A stretch of 64,000 bases of DNA, taken from the NCBI GenBank assembly GCA_024679065.1, contig JAGIQG010000015.1, positions 48,484,001 through 48,548,000 of the forward strand. Reading direction: 5' to 3'. A program made the position numbers and the translations under genes. The stretch is from Sphyrna mokarran. Its lineage: Eukaryota. The notes under the pieces were generated by a model. The model was not told where the DNA came from. It did not search any database and was given only the letters and a program-made list of their open reading frames with translations. Positions 38,701-50,845 of the stretch are shown here, in pieces (positions within the stretch are counted from its first letter, which is position 1; each line of letters begins with the position of its first letter).

Positions 38701-38889
38701 TTTTCAAAAATCAATAGGTTAACAATTTGTTTATTTTGGAGGGGGAGGGAAGAAGAACTTACAATGGGAACTTACCGGCTGAATGAACTATTCCGTTTTA
38801 AATAACAATACTAGTTTGATACAATTTGCAATTTATTGAAAGGTTTAAGTAGCATTTCTTTCACATTAACAGTCCACTAGAAACCACAA

Positions 38890-39060
38890 GACGTTGGTCA
38901 GCCCGATGCTAATTGTATGACCAACTTCCAGGTAGTGTTGCCAGGTCACATCCATTCACCAATCAGGAAATATTATTTCCAATATCCCGCCCCGTACGTC
39001 ACTGCCACGGGCGTGCCTATGGTGACTGACAGGCAGAGCGTGTAAAATCCATTTCCCATG
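38890..39060 (+). promoter_or_regulatory. Probable pax9 proximal promoter
   Basis: CCAAT boxes at 38959 and 38979, GC box cccgcccc 38986-38993, ACGTCA 38996-39001 and TGACTGACAG (PBX/MEIS-type) 39023-39032, 240-310 bp upstream of the ATG. Confidence 0.6.
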
Positions 39061-39271
39061 CTGTGCTTTGAAATGCAGAACCGAACCACCTCTCCCGAGG
39101 AAAAGGGAAGCATATTTACTCTATACAAGCTCGTCGGTAACTTCGACGGTGAGATTTGTTATTAGGCAGCACTTACAAGCCGACCCCAGAGCAATTTGAA
39201 CTTAAGGGGATTTGAATTCTGTTTGAAACGCTTACATATTCAGCAGGAAGTATTGAGGATTACTAACTATC

Positions 39272-39275
39272 ATGG
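39272..39275 (+). CDS. pax9: Paired box protein Pax-9, first coding exon (ATG G)
   Basis: catgg|gtaagt: ATG+G followed by a consensus donor; joins the next exon to give [10 protein letters not shown], the known Pax9 architecture. Confidence 0.88.
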
Positions 39276-40334
39276 GTAAGTGGTTTCCAAATTTTACATT
39301 GCTGTTATCGGAGGCATAATCAATCATTAAAGTTAGCATTACCAGGCACGAACTTGTGTTTCCACTCTCCTCATACTAATTGAAAAGACATGCTTTAAAA
39401 TCAAGTTTGTCGCGCCTGGTTCGATGTCTACATGTTGGATGGTTATTTTGTATTTCGAGTAAGTAGACAGAGGTTTGTGAAAAGGGGGAAAAGTGTTTCA
39501 ATGAATTACACTTTGCGTGGTCATCTATTAGAGAGTAATGAGTTTAATGAGGTTATGTTTAGGAACGTTTACTGCAAAAATATATTATAATTAAATGGCC
39601 CAATTAACAAACGCAGTAAACCAAAAGGAAAGTGAACTGTTTAACATCTAAATATAACAGTTAAATAATGTCCTGAGTTTCAATTTCTCCTTCACATATG
39701 AAAGATAAACGCATTCTGAGGAGAAATAAAATCCAATGTCTAACTTATATCTGTGCTTTGAATCCTGACTTTAATTAGGATGCTAGCTAACTGTTTAACA
39801 TCTAATTATTCGAGAAATTAAAACCGTGATAAAACGATAAAATTGCAATTCAAAAGCAAATAATCTATGGCAAATATTTATTTACTTGCAATTAAATCCG
39901 CAGAGAATAAAATGAGGATTTATAAAACAAACTTACATGAGGTTAATTTAAAAGTAAACGGGGCAATTTAAGAGCCTTTCGATTTGAAGTTTCTCTGGAT
40001 TGAGAAACAAAATCCCGACGAGATTTATGAAAACGTTAGCGAGAAAGCATGGTGATCTTAGTTTGCTCTGTTCTGTCTATTCTTGGCTGCCTTCGGTTAG
40101 GAAACGTCAGGGGCCGAGGCAAGAATTAATGTAGGTCTTCGAGTCGAATGCAAGCGTTACACTGTGCAGGCCTACACGGTGGGTACCCGCTTCAAAAAAG
40201 TAATAAAGTGGAGCTTGTCAAAAATTGCTTTACAAAACACAAATGCATCCGCTGTCGGGTTCGATGCTGCGTTGTAAGTTGAAACTGTGGTTGACTCTTG
40301 TCTGAATGCGTCCTCTTGTTTTCTTCCACACCAG

Positions 40335-40967
40335 AGCCAGCGTTCGGAGAGGTGAATCAGTTAGGAGGCGTATTTGTCAATGGCAGACCACTGCCTAATG
40401 CCATTAGACTGCGGATAGTTGAACTGGCCCAGTTGGGGATTCGACCCTGTGATATCAGTAGACAGTTAAGAGTTTCCCACGGCTGTGTCAGTAAAATCCT
40501 GGCTCGGTACAACGAGACCGGCTCTATATTGCCCGGTGCGATCGGAGGCAGCAAACCCAGAGTCACAACCCCTACGGTGGTCAAACACATTCGAGCGTAC
40601 AAGCAGAGGGACCCGGGGATTTTTGCGTGGGAGATCCGAGACAGACTTCTGGCCGATGGGGTGTGCGACAAATACAACGTCCCTTCGGTGAGCTCCATCA
40701 GCAGAATCCTGCGGAACAAGATCGGGAACTTGTCCCAGCAGAATCAGTACGAATCCAGCAAGACTCCAGCTCACCCGTCTCCACAATCGGCTCTGCAGTA
40801 CAATGCCATTTATTCTTACTCCAGTCCCATCACAACGGCCGGGGCAAAAATGCCAACGTCGCCCGGTGTGCCCGCCATCCCAGGACACATGGGAATTCAC
40901 AGGACCTGGCCTTCCTCACACTCTGTCTCGGACATTCTGGGTATCAGAGCAATCATCGAGCAGCAAG
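40335..40967 (+). CDS. pax9: Pax-9 coding exon 2 (paired domain and octapeptide)
   Basis: Acceptor ccag|AG; [35 protein letters not shown]...[10 protein letters not shown]; octapeptide HSVSDILG 40919-40942; donor G|gtaag. Confidence 0.98.
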
Positions 40968-42782
40968 GTAAGCTGCCATAAGGTCATTTCGTTTTTTAAA
41001 AAAACTGAGCCAATGGAACTACATCAAGTTTTCTTGTTTGAATTTCAGCTTTCAAAAACTACTTGTCCCCAGAAATATTAAATAAACCGTTTACTATAAA
41101 TCCAGCTCACACTGTTTCCCACTCTAGACTTAACCTTGCTGTTTGTCGATTTTTCCCGAGGGCCCACCTTTTCCCTTCCTGGAAATTGAGTACGAATTTG
41201 CAGAAACCAAGTCGCCTTCTACATTGCTCATTATTCACTCATTTCCGATCAGTAGCTGTTCCACTGACACCCACCAGACCGGAGCTTTGCTTTTAATTTT
41301 AAAGTATTGTTGCGTTTTTTTCAAAAGTACCCATTTATCAGGCTTCATTTGAACTCCCTCAAAAGAGGGGCTAAGCGAGGATTTGAAAGCTCAATTCTTG
41401 TCAATTACACGGTTTAAGTACGTTAAGTTTCTTCTAATGCATCCAGTTTTTGTAAACTAACTAAGAACATAAAAATACAACTAGGCCGCTTTCCACAAAG
41501 AAAAATGTCCACTCTTATTGTCAAACCACATAATTATTTCCTCTCTCTCGGACCGGCTGATTAGAATGGCCTGCTGTTATACCTTGCTGTTTTTGGAAGT
41601 TGGACATTGATTATATTTATATTTTTCACAAAGATTTGAGAAGTAGAAGCGTTTCTCGAGGGCACAGTAAATCGCTTACATAGCTGATTAATGTACTAGG
41701 TTGTCAAATAGAGTGCAGTATTTTGCTGTTTCTGTGATATACACATCCGCGTATTTTTCGGGTCAGTTTATAGGAAACCTCCTTGTTGTCCCTCCCCTAA
41801 ATCACAGCATTATTTTGTTTGCACATACGAAACATATAACATCACTTGTTGGGAAGATGTAAAGGAATCCGGGAATGGCCCAAGTTTTATTTAAAACAGA
41901 TTTTGTTAGTTCTGTCGTTTCATCCCTGCGACGTAAAAGAGATAATACCCCTCGTTTACGATGGAGCTACCTGAAAAATTCTTATCGGCTTTAAGTACCA
42001 ATGACAGTTTTCTTTTTTGAAACCATCACAATTACCCATCTTGTTCTGGGTCCAAGAGGAAATATATAATTAAAGGTCCAATTGCATTTCCTACATAATA
42101 ATGTATGGCTTTAGGCTACAATCCAATGCACAAGACCATAAACTGTATTTAAAATTAATTCTGTAGTTGTGATTTTGGGGAAATCGAGTGAAATAGCGGT
42201 AGAATAATTGTTGTTCGTTTCCACGGCAGAGAACATGGATATAAAAGCTAGGATTTGATACGAGCGAAATCAATTTAAATAAAGGCAGTCACTCATCCTT
42301 TAACATTTGTCCAAACATCGGAGCTCGTATAGAGATGTATGATTTGAAAGTTTCTTTTGCAGTCATTGATCTGACAAATTAAAATATATGAATATTTCTA
42401 AAATATATTTAGTAAGTTGCATGTGCGTATCTTTCGAAGCTGGTGACGTTGGGAAATTCGGTTCATTAGAAATAATCCTCAAACTCTAATCGCAAGACAA
42501 TTTGTGGAAATGTCTGATGTCCAACTGTTGCCTCTCTTATTCATTTAATGTGTAACATGTTCAATATGATCCAGACTGCTGTGGAGTGCAAATCGGACTC
42601 GATCGAATCCGATAAGTTTCGCAGTAATGAGTAAATCAGCTGACCAGCAACCTTCATCTGGCCGTCTGCACCAAATTAAAACAAAATGCCGGAATCATAA
42701 GGACCGGAAAAGAGAAACAAATATGAAGTCTGCTACAAGGATTCTGATACAAGTCATGTCATATAAATATTTTTGTTGTTAG

Positions 42783-42931
42783 GTGCTATTCCCATTAGTG
42801 ACAGTTCTTCCTACCCCACTAAAGTGGAGGAATGGAGCAGTATAAACAGGAGCCACTTCCAGTCCTCAAACCAGGCTGCAGTGAATGGACTGGACAAGTC
42901 CCCATTGGAGCAGGAAGTCAAATACACTCAG
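42783..42931 (+). CDS. pax9: Pax-9 coding exon 3
   Basis: Acceptor ttgttag|; (G)AIPISDSSSYPTKVEEWSSINRSHF...VNGLDKSPLEQEVKYTQ; donor CAG|gtaatt; phases 1 and 0 are consistent with neighbouring exons. Confidence 0.93.
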
Positions 42932-43340
42932 GTAATTGTAACTTGCCTTTCCTCTCAACTAGATAGATTACAGCGTTTACCGAACTCCAAACTCCAAAAA
43001 TAAACACGTTTGAACAATTATTACTTAGCTGTAATTAGTATTTAAATTGCAATGACTTTTCCATACTCGGAACCTCCAATTCATTTGTGAAATCATGGAC
43101 GAGGTAAAATGTAATAGTCATTTTTAAATCAAAAGGGCGAAAAAATCAACTTGGCATTTAAAAAGGGATTCGCTGCGTCGCCGATAAATCGTATTAATAT
43201 TCAATGCTCTGGCACATTTGGAAATGTCAAATCTCAAAAGCGGAACAAAAAAAATGTAATACGCACCTTCAAATTATTTGTGCCATTTATGTATAATAGT
43301 TGTATTGTTAAAATGTGTGATCAGGATACATGTTTACTGT

Positions 43341-43556
43341 GATGTGGTGATGCCGGCGTTGGACTGGAATGAGCACAGCAAGAAGTCTCACAACACCAGG
43401 TTAAAGTCCAATAGATTTAATTTGATAGCACAAGCTTTCGGAGCATTGCTCCTTTTATTTGGTAGCATAAGCTTTGAAAGCGCTGCTCCGAAAACTTGTG
43501 CTATCAAATGAACCTGTTGGACTTTAACTTGGTGTTGTGAGACTTCTTATTGTGCC
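43341..43556. mobile_element. Penelope-derived palindromic element in pax9 intron 3
   Basis: Same family as 25984-26182; arms 43373-43445 and 43484-43555 are near-perfect reverse complements. Confidence 0.8.
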
Positions 43557-45240
43557 ACCTTTACGTAACAAGCAATCACTAACAAAACAGATTGCCAATA
43601 AACTACCCATTTTGGGAGAAATAACCAAATTCGCATCAATTTACAATGAATAGAAACTGTATTTCTATAATCTGACGTCATGAGCATGGAGAAAGAGTAA
43701 TGATGGCACATTGAAACCAATGGATACAAACCCAAATCGTTTTTCTCGTAATTATTTTTCCTTAAAAAAAAGTCTCTTTAAAAGCAACCTTCACGCCAGT
43801 CTGGAGTCATTAACTGTCCAAAAAAGGACAAAGAAAGATTTGTAAAGTGTAGATGAATACACGATATTTATCGTTGGAGGTGGGGGCGGTAATGATAAGG
43901 ATTTCGTGTTCAACACGGATGGGTATGCTCGTCATACTTAGCCTTCCAACACATTTTGACAGGGGTTTTTGAATATTTTGTTGTCCCTACTCCAATGCTT
44001 CAGTTCAGTTGAACTTCTTTTGCTCGAATGAAATAATCTAACAATCACATCCAAAGCAGCCACATGAAAATATCGACAATTAAAAAGTAAAGGGAAGACG
44101 CGGGGAGTGATTCCAACCGAACAGCGACAATATAAGAGAGGCACAACAGAATGTGTTTGATGGTGCAAGAAAAATAATTCTTGAAACAGTGAACTGTCCC
44201 CAAATATTTCTAAAATAATTTATTTACAATTGAAACAATTATGCTTTTTGTCGTTTGACTATCTAATTTATGTAGAAATGTTAATATAGTGCAACTGAAT
44301 AAACTCGATGTGTCTGCCGTTAAAATGAACTGCAACACAACTAATCACATGGTTAGTTTTTAAATGTATATAGGATTGTTTCACGTTGGATGCGTACTGG
44401 CAGGTTCCGAACTGTAGAGTCAATGCAGTCTTTGGCTATCCATGTGGCTTACATTATTCCGCTGTTGTACCGTATTATTTTCAATTGTATTTGTGCAACA
44501 GCACAAATCACACATTTAAACAGATACAAAGGGCAGCACAGGCGCAGTGGCAGTATGTCAGGTTCCGCATTTTTGTTCAACAACACTGCATTCGGAAGCA
44601 TTGTGTGGGAGCAGTCATCATTGTGCTGTTCGCTCCTATCTTGTTACACTTTGCTTTTTATATCATTCCGTGAGTCAACTGTTAGAATTCACCAACATTC
44701 AAACAATTATTGCCCATTATTACGTTAGTCTATGCACTCATGACTTTTTTAATTTGGGGTCCTTTTTGCTGAATATTTTAAACAAATAGTATCTCATCTT
44801 AATCTATTAGTTCCGCAATTGGGTTACGCTTTCCTATATTTTAGCAGTAATTTAAATGTATATTCATATGTAACACCAAGAAATATGTTAATTTTTCAGA
44901 AGTTACTTCTGATTCCTATCTATAGGTTAATCTCACTTTAAAATATTACACACAGTTTTTCAGCCATTGAGATTATCTGATATTTCCAGAGCGGCCTAAT
45001 TGAAATATTTCATGTACTCTATTATATACAACCTTTTGTTTACATTAAATAAGTCTTTTCAGATTTATCCATAGTGCTAAATTCTCTAAGTTACAAACTT
45101 ACTCAAATATGCTTTCAGTGATTTAATTTTGGTGTCATTGAGTCACATGCTGCAAATATGGTAATGAAAGAATATTATTAATTTCAGTTGGTCATTTTTA
45201 TCATCATTAAATAATGCAATGATCAATTTTTATTTTCCAG

Positions 45241-45495
45241 GGTCCTAATGGTCTGCCTACAGTTAGCAGTTTTGTCTCTGTCCCAAGTATGGCTCCTTAT
45301 CCTCCACCCACACAAGTGTCTCCCTATATGACATACAGTGCAGCTGCCTCCAGTTACATGGCAACCCACGGCTGGCAACATGCGGGTGGGAGCACACTAC
45401 CAACTCACAGTTGTGACCTTCCCACACCACTGCCATTCAAAAGTATTCAAGCAACCAGAGAAGGTAGCCACTCCATTGCAGCCTCTGCATTGTAG
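45241..45495 (+). CDS. pax9: Pax-9 last coding exon
   Basis: Acceptor tattttccag|; [35 protein letters not shown]...[12 protein letters not shown]. Total CDS 4+633+149+255 = 1041 nt (346 aa). Confidence 0.97.
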   Translation, partial: GPNGLPTVSSFVSVPSMAPYPPPTQVSPYMTYSAAASSYMATHGWQHAGGSTLPTHSCDLPTPLPFKSIQATREGSHSIAASAL

Positions 45496-46677
45496 TACAA
45501 TTAATTACTATTCAAAGTAGTTTAGTGCCAGCATCGGAACAAATATAGTCCTAAATTTTGATAAACAGACAGGAAGAGATAGATATTTTGTGGTAATTTC
45601 AGAAACTTCAATTTGCTTATTTTTATTTAATGGGCTATTGGATTCTGGATCTCCATAAAGTACCAGCCCACCTCCTCACTTTACCACTAACTACAGGGTA
45701 ACATAACTACATTTAGAGAACAAGACCCCCAGGATTGAAACATATTTATGTTCCAGTCCAGAAATGATAAGTGCATAAGCTACTTATCATATTATGTGGC
45801 TGAAATGCAGGGTGGAATCTGAAATAAAAGTGAGTATTTTCATTTGAGTAAGAAAACTCAAATTCTTGCCTTTGCTGAGGTCACACTTCCTAACATTCAA
45901 TCATAAAGCAGCATCACTTATAGTGCTGTAGAACAGCTGTGGTTTGGACAATCGCAAATATCTTTTTGAGCAAGGAAGTGTGGTGGCAAGTGCCATGTTA
46001 AGGGAGGGTGGCAATATTACTGAAAATAGTGTATGGAACTGTAAAAAAGTGGATTAAAGTTATAATTTCAGAGGGACAAATTTCTAAAACCTCATGTTGT
46101 TATGGATATTAATACAACTGACTAATTAGTTAAATCTATCATAAGTACCACAAGTCATTTAAAATTATAATTTCTTGAATCAAGTTCAATTCATGGGCTT
46201 TTATTCATTAGCTTATCTCAAATATTTTGCAGAAAAAGGCAGATTATGGGAAGCTATCCAATGTGTCTTTTTTTAATTCTTTCACGAGATGTAGGTGTCT
46301 CTGGTTAGGCCAGCATTTATTGTCCACACCAAATTGCTCAAGAATTAATAGAAAAATATTCTACAAAGTGCTGCACTGTTTTTGAAATATTTGAAGGGAA
46401 ACAATGTCAAGAGTCTATGAAGAAAAGCCACGTGAACTTTAGCATAATTATTCATAAGTCAATTGAAAATTTGATCCCAGGTGTACCCTTTGCAAAACTA
46501 AAAGCAAATACAGATGTGTTTATATATATCATCACCTTCTTCTGTTAAAGGAGTACTATTTAAGTAACTGGATTTGCAGAATGAGGCAAAGTATTGTAAT
46601 TTAATTATTTGGTAAAGCAATAATTGATAGTAGGGAGGAATAATTATGGAATAGAGACCTTCTTCTTTGTAAATACA

Positions 46678-46683
46678 AATAAA
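46678..46683 (+). terminator. Candidate pax9 polyadenylation signal (alternative at 45823-45828)
   Basis: AATAAA preceded by a TGTA element (ctttgtaaata) and followed by T/GT-rich sequence. Confidence 0.5.
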
Positions 46684-47877
46684 ATGGCAAAATTTATTTT
46701 TATACTATTGTGTAAGGCTTTTCTCCCTGACTGTAAACGTTGGCTTTCTGGAAAACATATTCATCGATGGCAGGATGCCCAGACACTTGAAAAATTGGAC
46801 ATTTATTACTTTATGTACGTACAGTAGAAGGTTCAGTGTTTTTTATGAAGGACATTTTCTTTCTTCAGCAGAGGACAGAAAGTCAAACAGCCCTCCAAGT
46901 AAATCTTCAGGATCCTATGCAGCTTCACAGGGTCAAACACAGCTAGGGTATAAAGTTAGCTAATTGAAGACCTGAACAAAAGTCTTTAAGAAGTTGATCA
47001 GAAGGTTCAAGCTTAATGTGAAACCTTTAAGTGGACTCAAACCATGGACTTGTAGCATAACCACTGTGAAAATAACTTTTGCTCTAGCTGATGGCTATAG
47101 CGTTGACCCTACAATTCAGGTGAAATGTCAACATATTTTCCTGACAGTTTCAAGGAAGTTTCTGTTTGAAATGAATGTACATTAGCTCGCTGTGAAGTTT
47201 ACATCCATGTAAATAATAATTTTTAATTGTAGGTATAATGGTGGTGGTATAAGGTATGAATATAAAATTTATTTAATGACAATTAGTACTTTGTGTAGCA
47301 AGTGTCAGTAAATTAGGTCATAAGTACAATTGGGCACCAACAAAAAGTCTGCACTCCATATAAGGCACAAATAATCTCTCATTCTAGATTGAAACCATAA
47401 CCTTTGTTTTGCAATATATCAAATCTCATGTGCCTGTCATGAAATTGGTTCACTATTCTTACAGTTTCAGCAAAACCTTCAATCAAACCCATTCTTCCAT
47501 AAAGTTCAAGGTGGATGTATAAAAAAAGTTAAAGCATTTTAAAAAAGGATGTAAATCAATAGGCTGTACCTGTATATATTTGTAAGAAAGCCTCTTTATT
47601 TTTATATCATATCTAAATTAAAAATGTGTGAATTACAAAATATTTGTTTTATTCAGAAATGTAAAAAATGTTGTACTTGTTAGGTAATCATGTTAAGTTT
47701 ATTTATTGACATGAGGAAAAACTTTTCAATTATATATTGTTTGCTTTGAATACAGGTTCTAATGAATGTCCTCTGAAAAAAAAATTCTGCATGTTTACAC
47801 AAGTTTATTGAGGGCACTGTAACATGATGTTTCATAAGCAAATACAACTGTTTCAGCAATATTTTGTTCTGTTTGAA

Positions 47878-47939
47878 TCAGAAGTTTTTCTGAAGCCAGG
47901 CAAAAGAATATTCATAAACCAACAGCATAACAGCACCTC
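47878..47939 (-). CDS. slc25a21: Mitochondrial 2-oxodicarboxylate carrier, last coding exon
   Basis: Minus strand: cag|GA GGT GCT... gives (G)GAVMLLVYEYSFAWLQKNF*, matching the SLC25A21 C-terminus. Confidence 0.95.
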
Positions 47940-48088
47940 CTGAAGATAAGCAGGGATGGAAATAGAAAATAAAACAATCAATTTCACTTAGTAAAGAATT
48001 TTTAAAAATTCAAACTATTGAAAACAGTCATAGGTCCTTATTGCTAACAATTTTGGTTAGGATGTATAATCACTATGATTAGGATTAC

Positions 48089-48141
48089 CTGGTCCGAGTC
48101 GCATGATTTTAGGTACCAAGCCTTTGTACAATGCAAAGAAC
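48089..48141 (-). CDS. slc25a21: SLC25A21 penultimate coding exon (53 nt)
   Basis: tag|G FFALYKGLVPKIMRLGP G|gtaat; phases fit both neighbours. Confidence 0.95.
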
Positions 48142-48995
48142 CTATCAAATGGAAAATTCATATCTTTGTTAATGTAGGTCACAAAATGCTCCAATGTTTA
48201 AGTGAGAAATTATGTTTAGCAGTGAATAAATGTGTTATTCAGGCCATCAGCCCCTCCCACCATTGGACTATGAATTGTCTTCATACTTTACATTTGTGCT
48301 TGAAAATGAGTGCAATTTGTAACTATATACATAATACAAGATAACTGAAAATATGATGGTGAAAGTTGTAATTCAAGGTATGTTTTAAAATTACCTTTAC
48401 ATAACTCTGATCCAATTTTACATTCAAAATAGCCACGTACCATGGCAGGATTTTAACACATTAAATACATTTTAGGATAATCTGAGTAATTTGATCCAAA
48501 AATAATTATACTTCCCAGGAATTTAGTATGGATTTTCTTAAAATCATTTATTTTTCCTGACACGGAACAATAAATTATAAAGAATTTGACTTCCTTCAAT
48601 GAGACACACTACAATGCAAGACCACAATGTGAACCTCAGGAATTTGTGTCAGTATCTCCATAGAACTTCGGGGTATAGGGAAGGGCCCTAACCTGTGTGC
48701 TGAAGGGGAATGCCTACACCACTTAGGACAGATTGTAGGCACCTGTTTACCAAATAGGGCCTGTTTCAGGAGGAGGGATTGTTATGATCCACCCTAAATT
48801 AATTATTTGCCATCCCCTTGACTCCACATAGGTGAAGAGTTTATAAAATTAGAAAAGTTGAACAAAGGCCTTTCTGATAGACTCCAGCTGTAGTTACTTT
48901 CAATTGTACATTTTACAATGTAGTAATTGTGTAAAACATAACTGAAAATGACAATGGTAAAATGATTCAACTTTTAAACTAAAAAGAACTCTTAC

Positions 48996-49177
48996 CCTTC
49001 CTCCCTATAGATAGTCTTGATAGTGCTGAAACATGTTCTGTATTTAATCACTCCTGGCTTAGGTTGTGGTCCTTGGATCCTGCTCTTTGCTACATCGAAA
49101 GGGATGTTAACACAAGAAGCAATCGTTCCTGACAATAATCCAATTGCAAGTTTCCTTAAAAACTCCATTGCTGGGTC
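48996..49177 (-). CDS. slc25a21: SLC25A21 coding exon (182 nt)
   Basis: DPAMEFLRKLAIGLLSGTIASCVNIPFDVAKSRIQGPQPKPGVIKYRTCFSTIKTIYREEG, with carrier signature PxDxxKxR; AG/GT boundaries. Confidence 0.96.
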
Positions 49178-50322
49178 CTAAAAGAAAATATAAACATAAA
49201 ATTGTTTGAGAAAAAAGAATTACAATTAATCAAAAATCTACATGGCATTCTGTTTTGTTATTCTACCTAAACACATTAAGATTTCCCATACTCAAGCAGA
49301 CTTTCTTGACAATCATATTGCCTGTGTTTTTACACATGTTCTAAATTGGTGAAACACACATTTCCTCACACAGGATTTATAAACAAAGTTTCTGAAAAAG
49401 ACTGGCTAGGCATATGGGGATGATTTATATAATTAGGTCTTACAATGTACTTAGTATTACTGTATCAAAACATAAGAAATCCAAGCAACTATATTAGTTA
49501 ATTGACCAGAATACTTTACAAATGACAGCAACTTCCACCATTAAATCTACCAAAATACTGATTTGTATATGAGATCTCCATATGTTAAAAAAATTTTGAT
49601 CCCAGTGTCCTGTGTTTTTGTTCTCTTTCCTGCATGCTTTTCTCTTCAGATTTGCTTTCATGTTTAAGTTATCCAGTCTATCAAGAAGTAGAAGTTTCCT
49701 GTTATTAACAATCCACATTAGTTCAATTATAGCAGTGACTGAAGTCTCTTGTATTTTTGGAAACCAGCAGCAAATAATTTAATTGACCTAAAGCATTTTT
49801 ACAGTACATTGCTACTTCAAAATACTGCTAGTTTCAGACTTTTGCTGCATGCAGTGTTATATTTGCACTCTTAGAATGTAGGCACTTCAGTGATGTTTTA
49901 TGTTGATATATTAAAATTACCACTTTTTCTGCTTATCGTTTGTAATTATTTACACAGGCCCCTCATCCACCACATTTTTATGGACAATGAAATATAATAG
50001 TATGTAATAATTTAAATTGCAACTCATTATATTTCAATTAAAGTTAGCTATGACAACTTCTTGGATTATAAAATTAAATGATTGGTACAGAAAAGCTTTG
50101 ACAGATGGTCAAATGATATGTTCTTCCTGAAGGCCAGTATAATTGGGACACTGTAACAGATGTATTGCCTTAATTTGAATATAAGATTTGCATGAGGAAG
50201 TGAGTTGCACTATAGCAAAGGGAACATGAAAATCTATCGCTTATATACACGCGAACAACTCCGAGTTTATGAAATTTTTTTCATTATCTAATAATCGCTA
50301 TTGATTTGGATCAAATAATTAC

Positions 50323-50487
50323 CTCTTTTACAGGGATGATATTTTTCACATTGAAGTAAAATCCAAAGTAGATCATGTTAAATACACCATGTCGTCCTAA
50401 TGTCGCTGTCAGTCCCTTGTTCAGGCCCCGTAATCCAAAACCCTGATATCGAATTATTTCACGTGCATAAGCAAATGTGGATGGTTG
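50323..50487 (-). CDS. slc25a21: SLC25A21 coding exon (165 nt); upstream exons not found in the window
   Basis: QPSTFAYAREIIRYQGFGLRGLNKGLTATLGRHGVFNMIYFGFYFNVKNIIPVKE; tag| and |gtaatt boundaries, phase 0/0. Confidence 0.96.
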
Positions 50488-50845
50488 CTATATTGAAGCA
50501 AATATAGTTACTTTTGGGTAAAGTAATATATTTTATTATATAAAATATATAATATCTTCATATCTTCTTTATCCCTCTTAAAGAAGTGACAAATACATAG
50601 CAAAACTGATGTTGACTTCAAGTCAAATGCAAGATGCAAGTTTTTTAATCAGAGACTTTCCTGCAATATTGTTCATCATGCCAAATCAGAGATCTGAGAT
50701 AGGTCAAGGCCTGGGACAAGAGAGTGGAAGTTGGAGCATTCAAGGTGGGAGGTAGTAAGCGTAGGTGGGGGCTGGTGAACAATAAAAAGCTACCAAATGG
50801 TAGCAAATGCCAAGCCAAATACCAAGGTCATTCGTTGAACTGAAT

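Noticed and set aside
1-39000. nkx2-8/nkx2-9, the usual upstream neighbour of pax9
   Set aside because: No homeobox-like translation was seen; presumably outside the window.
40298-40981. The 227-aa ORF as a complete single-exon gene, or as pax1
   Set aside because: Its TTG start and GKLP* end are intronic. Splice sites define 40335-40967. MEPAFGEV, the ...SHSIAASAL terminus and slc25a21 linkage indicate pax9.
40357-41081. Overlapping and antisense ORFs across pax9 exon 2
   Set aside because: Expected shadows of a GC-rich coding exon; no recognisable domains.
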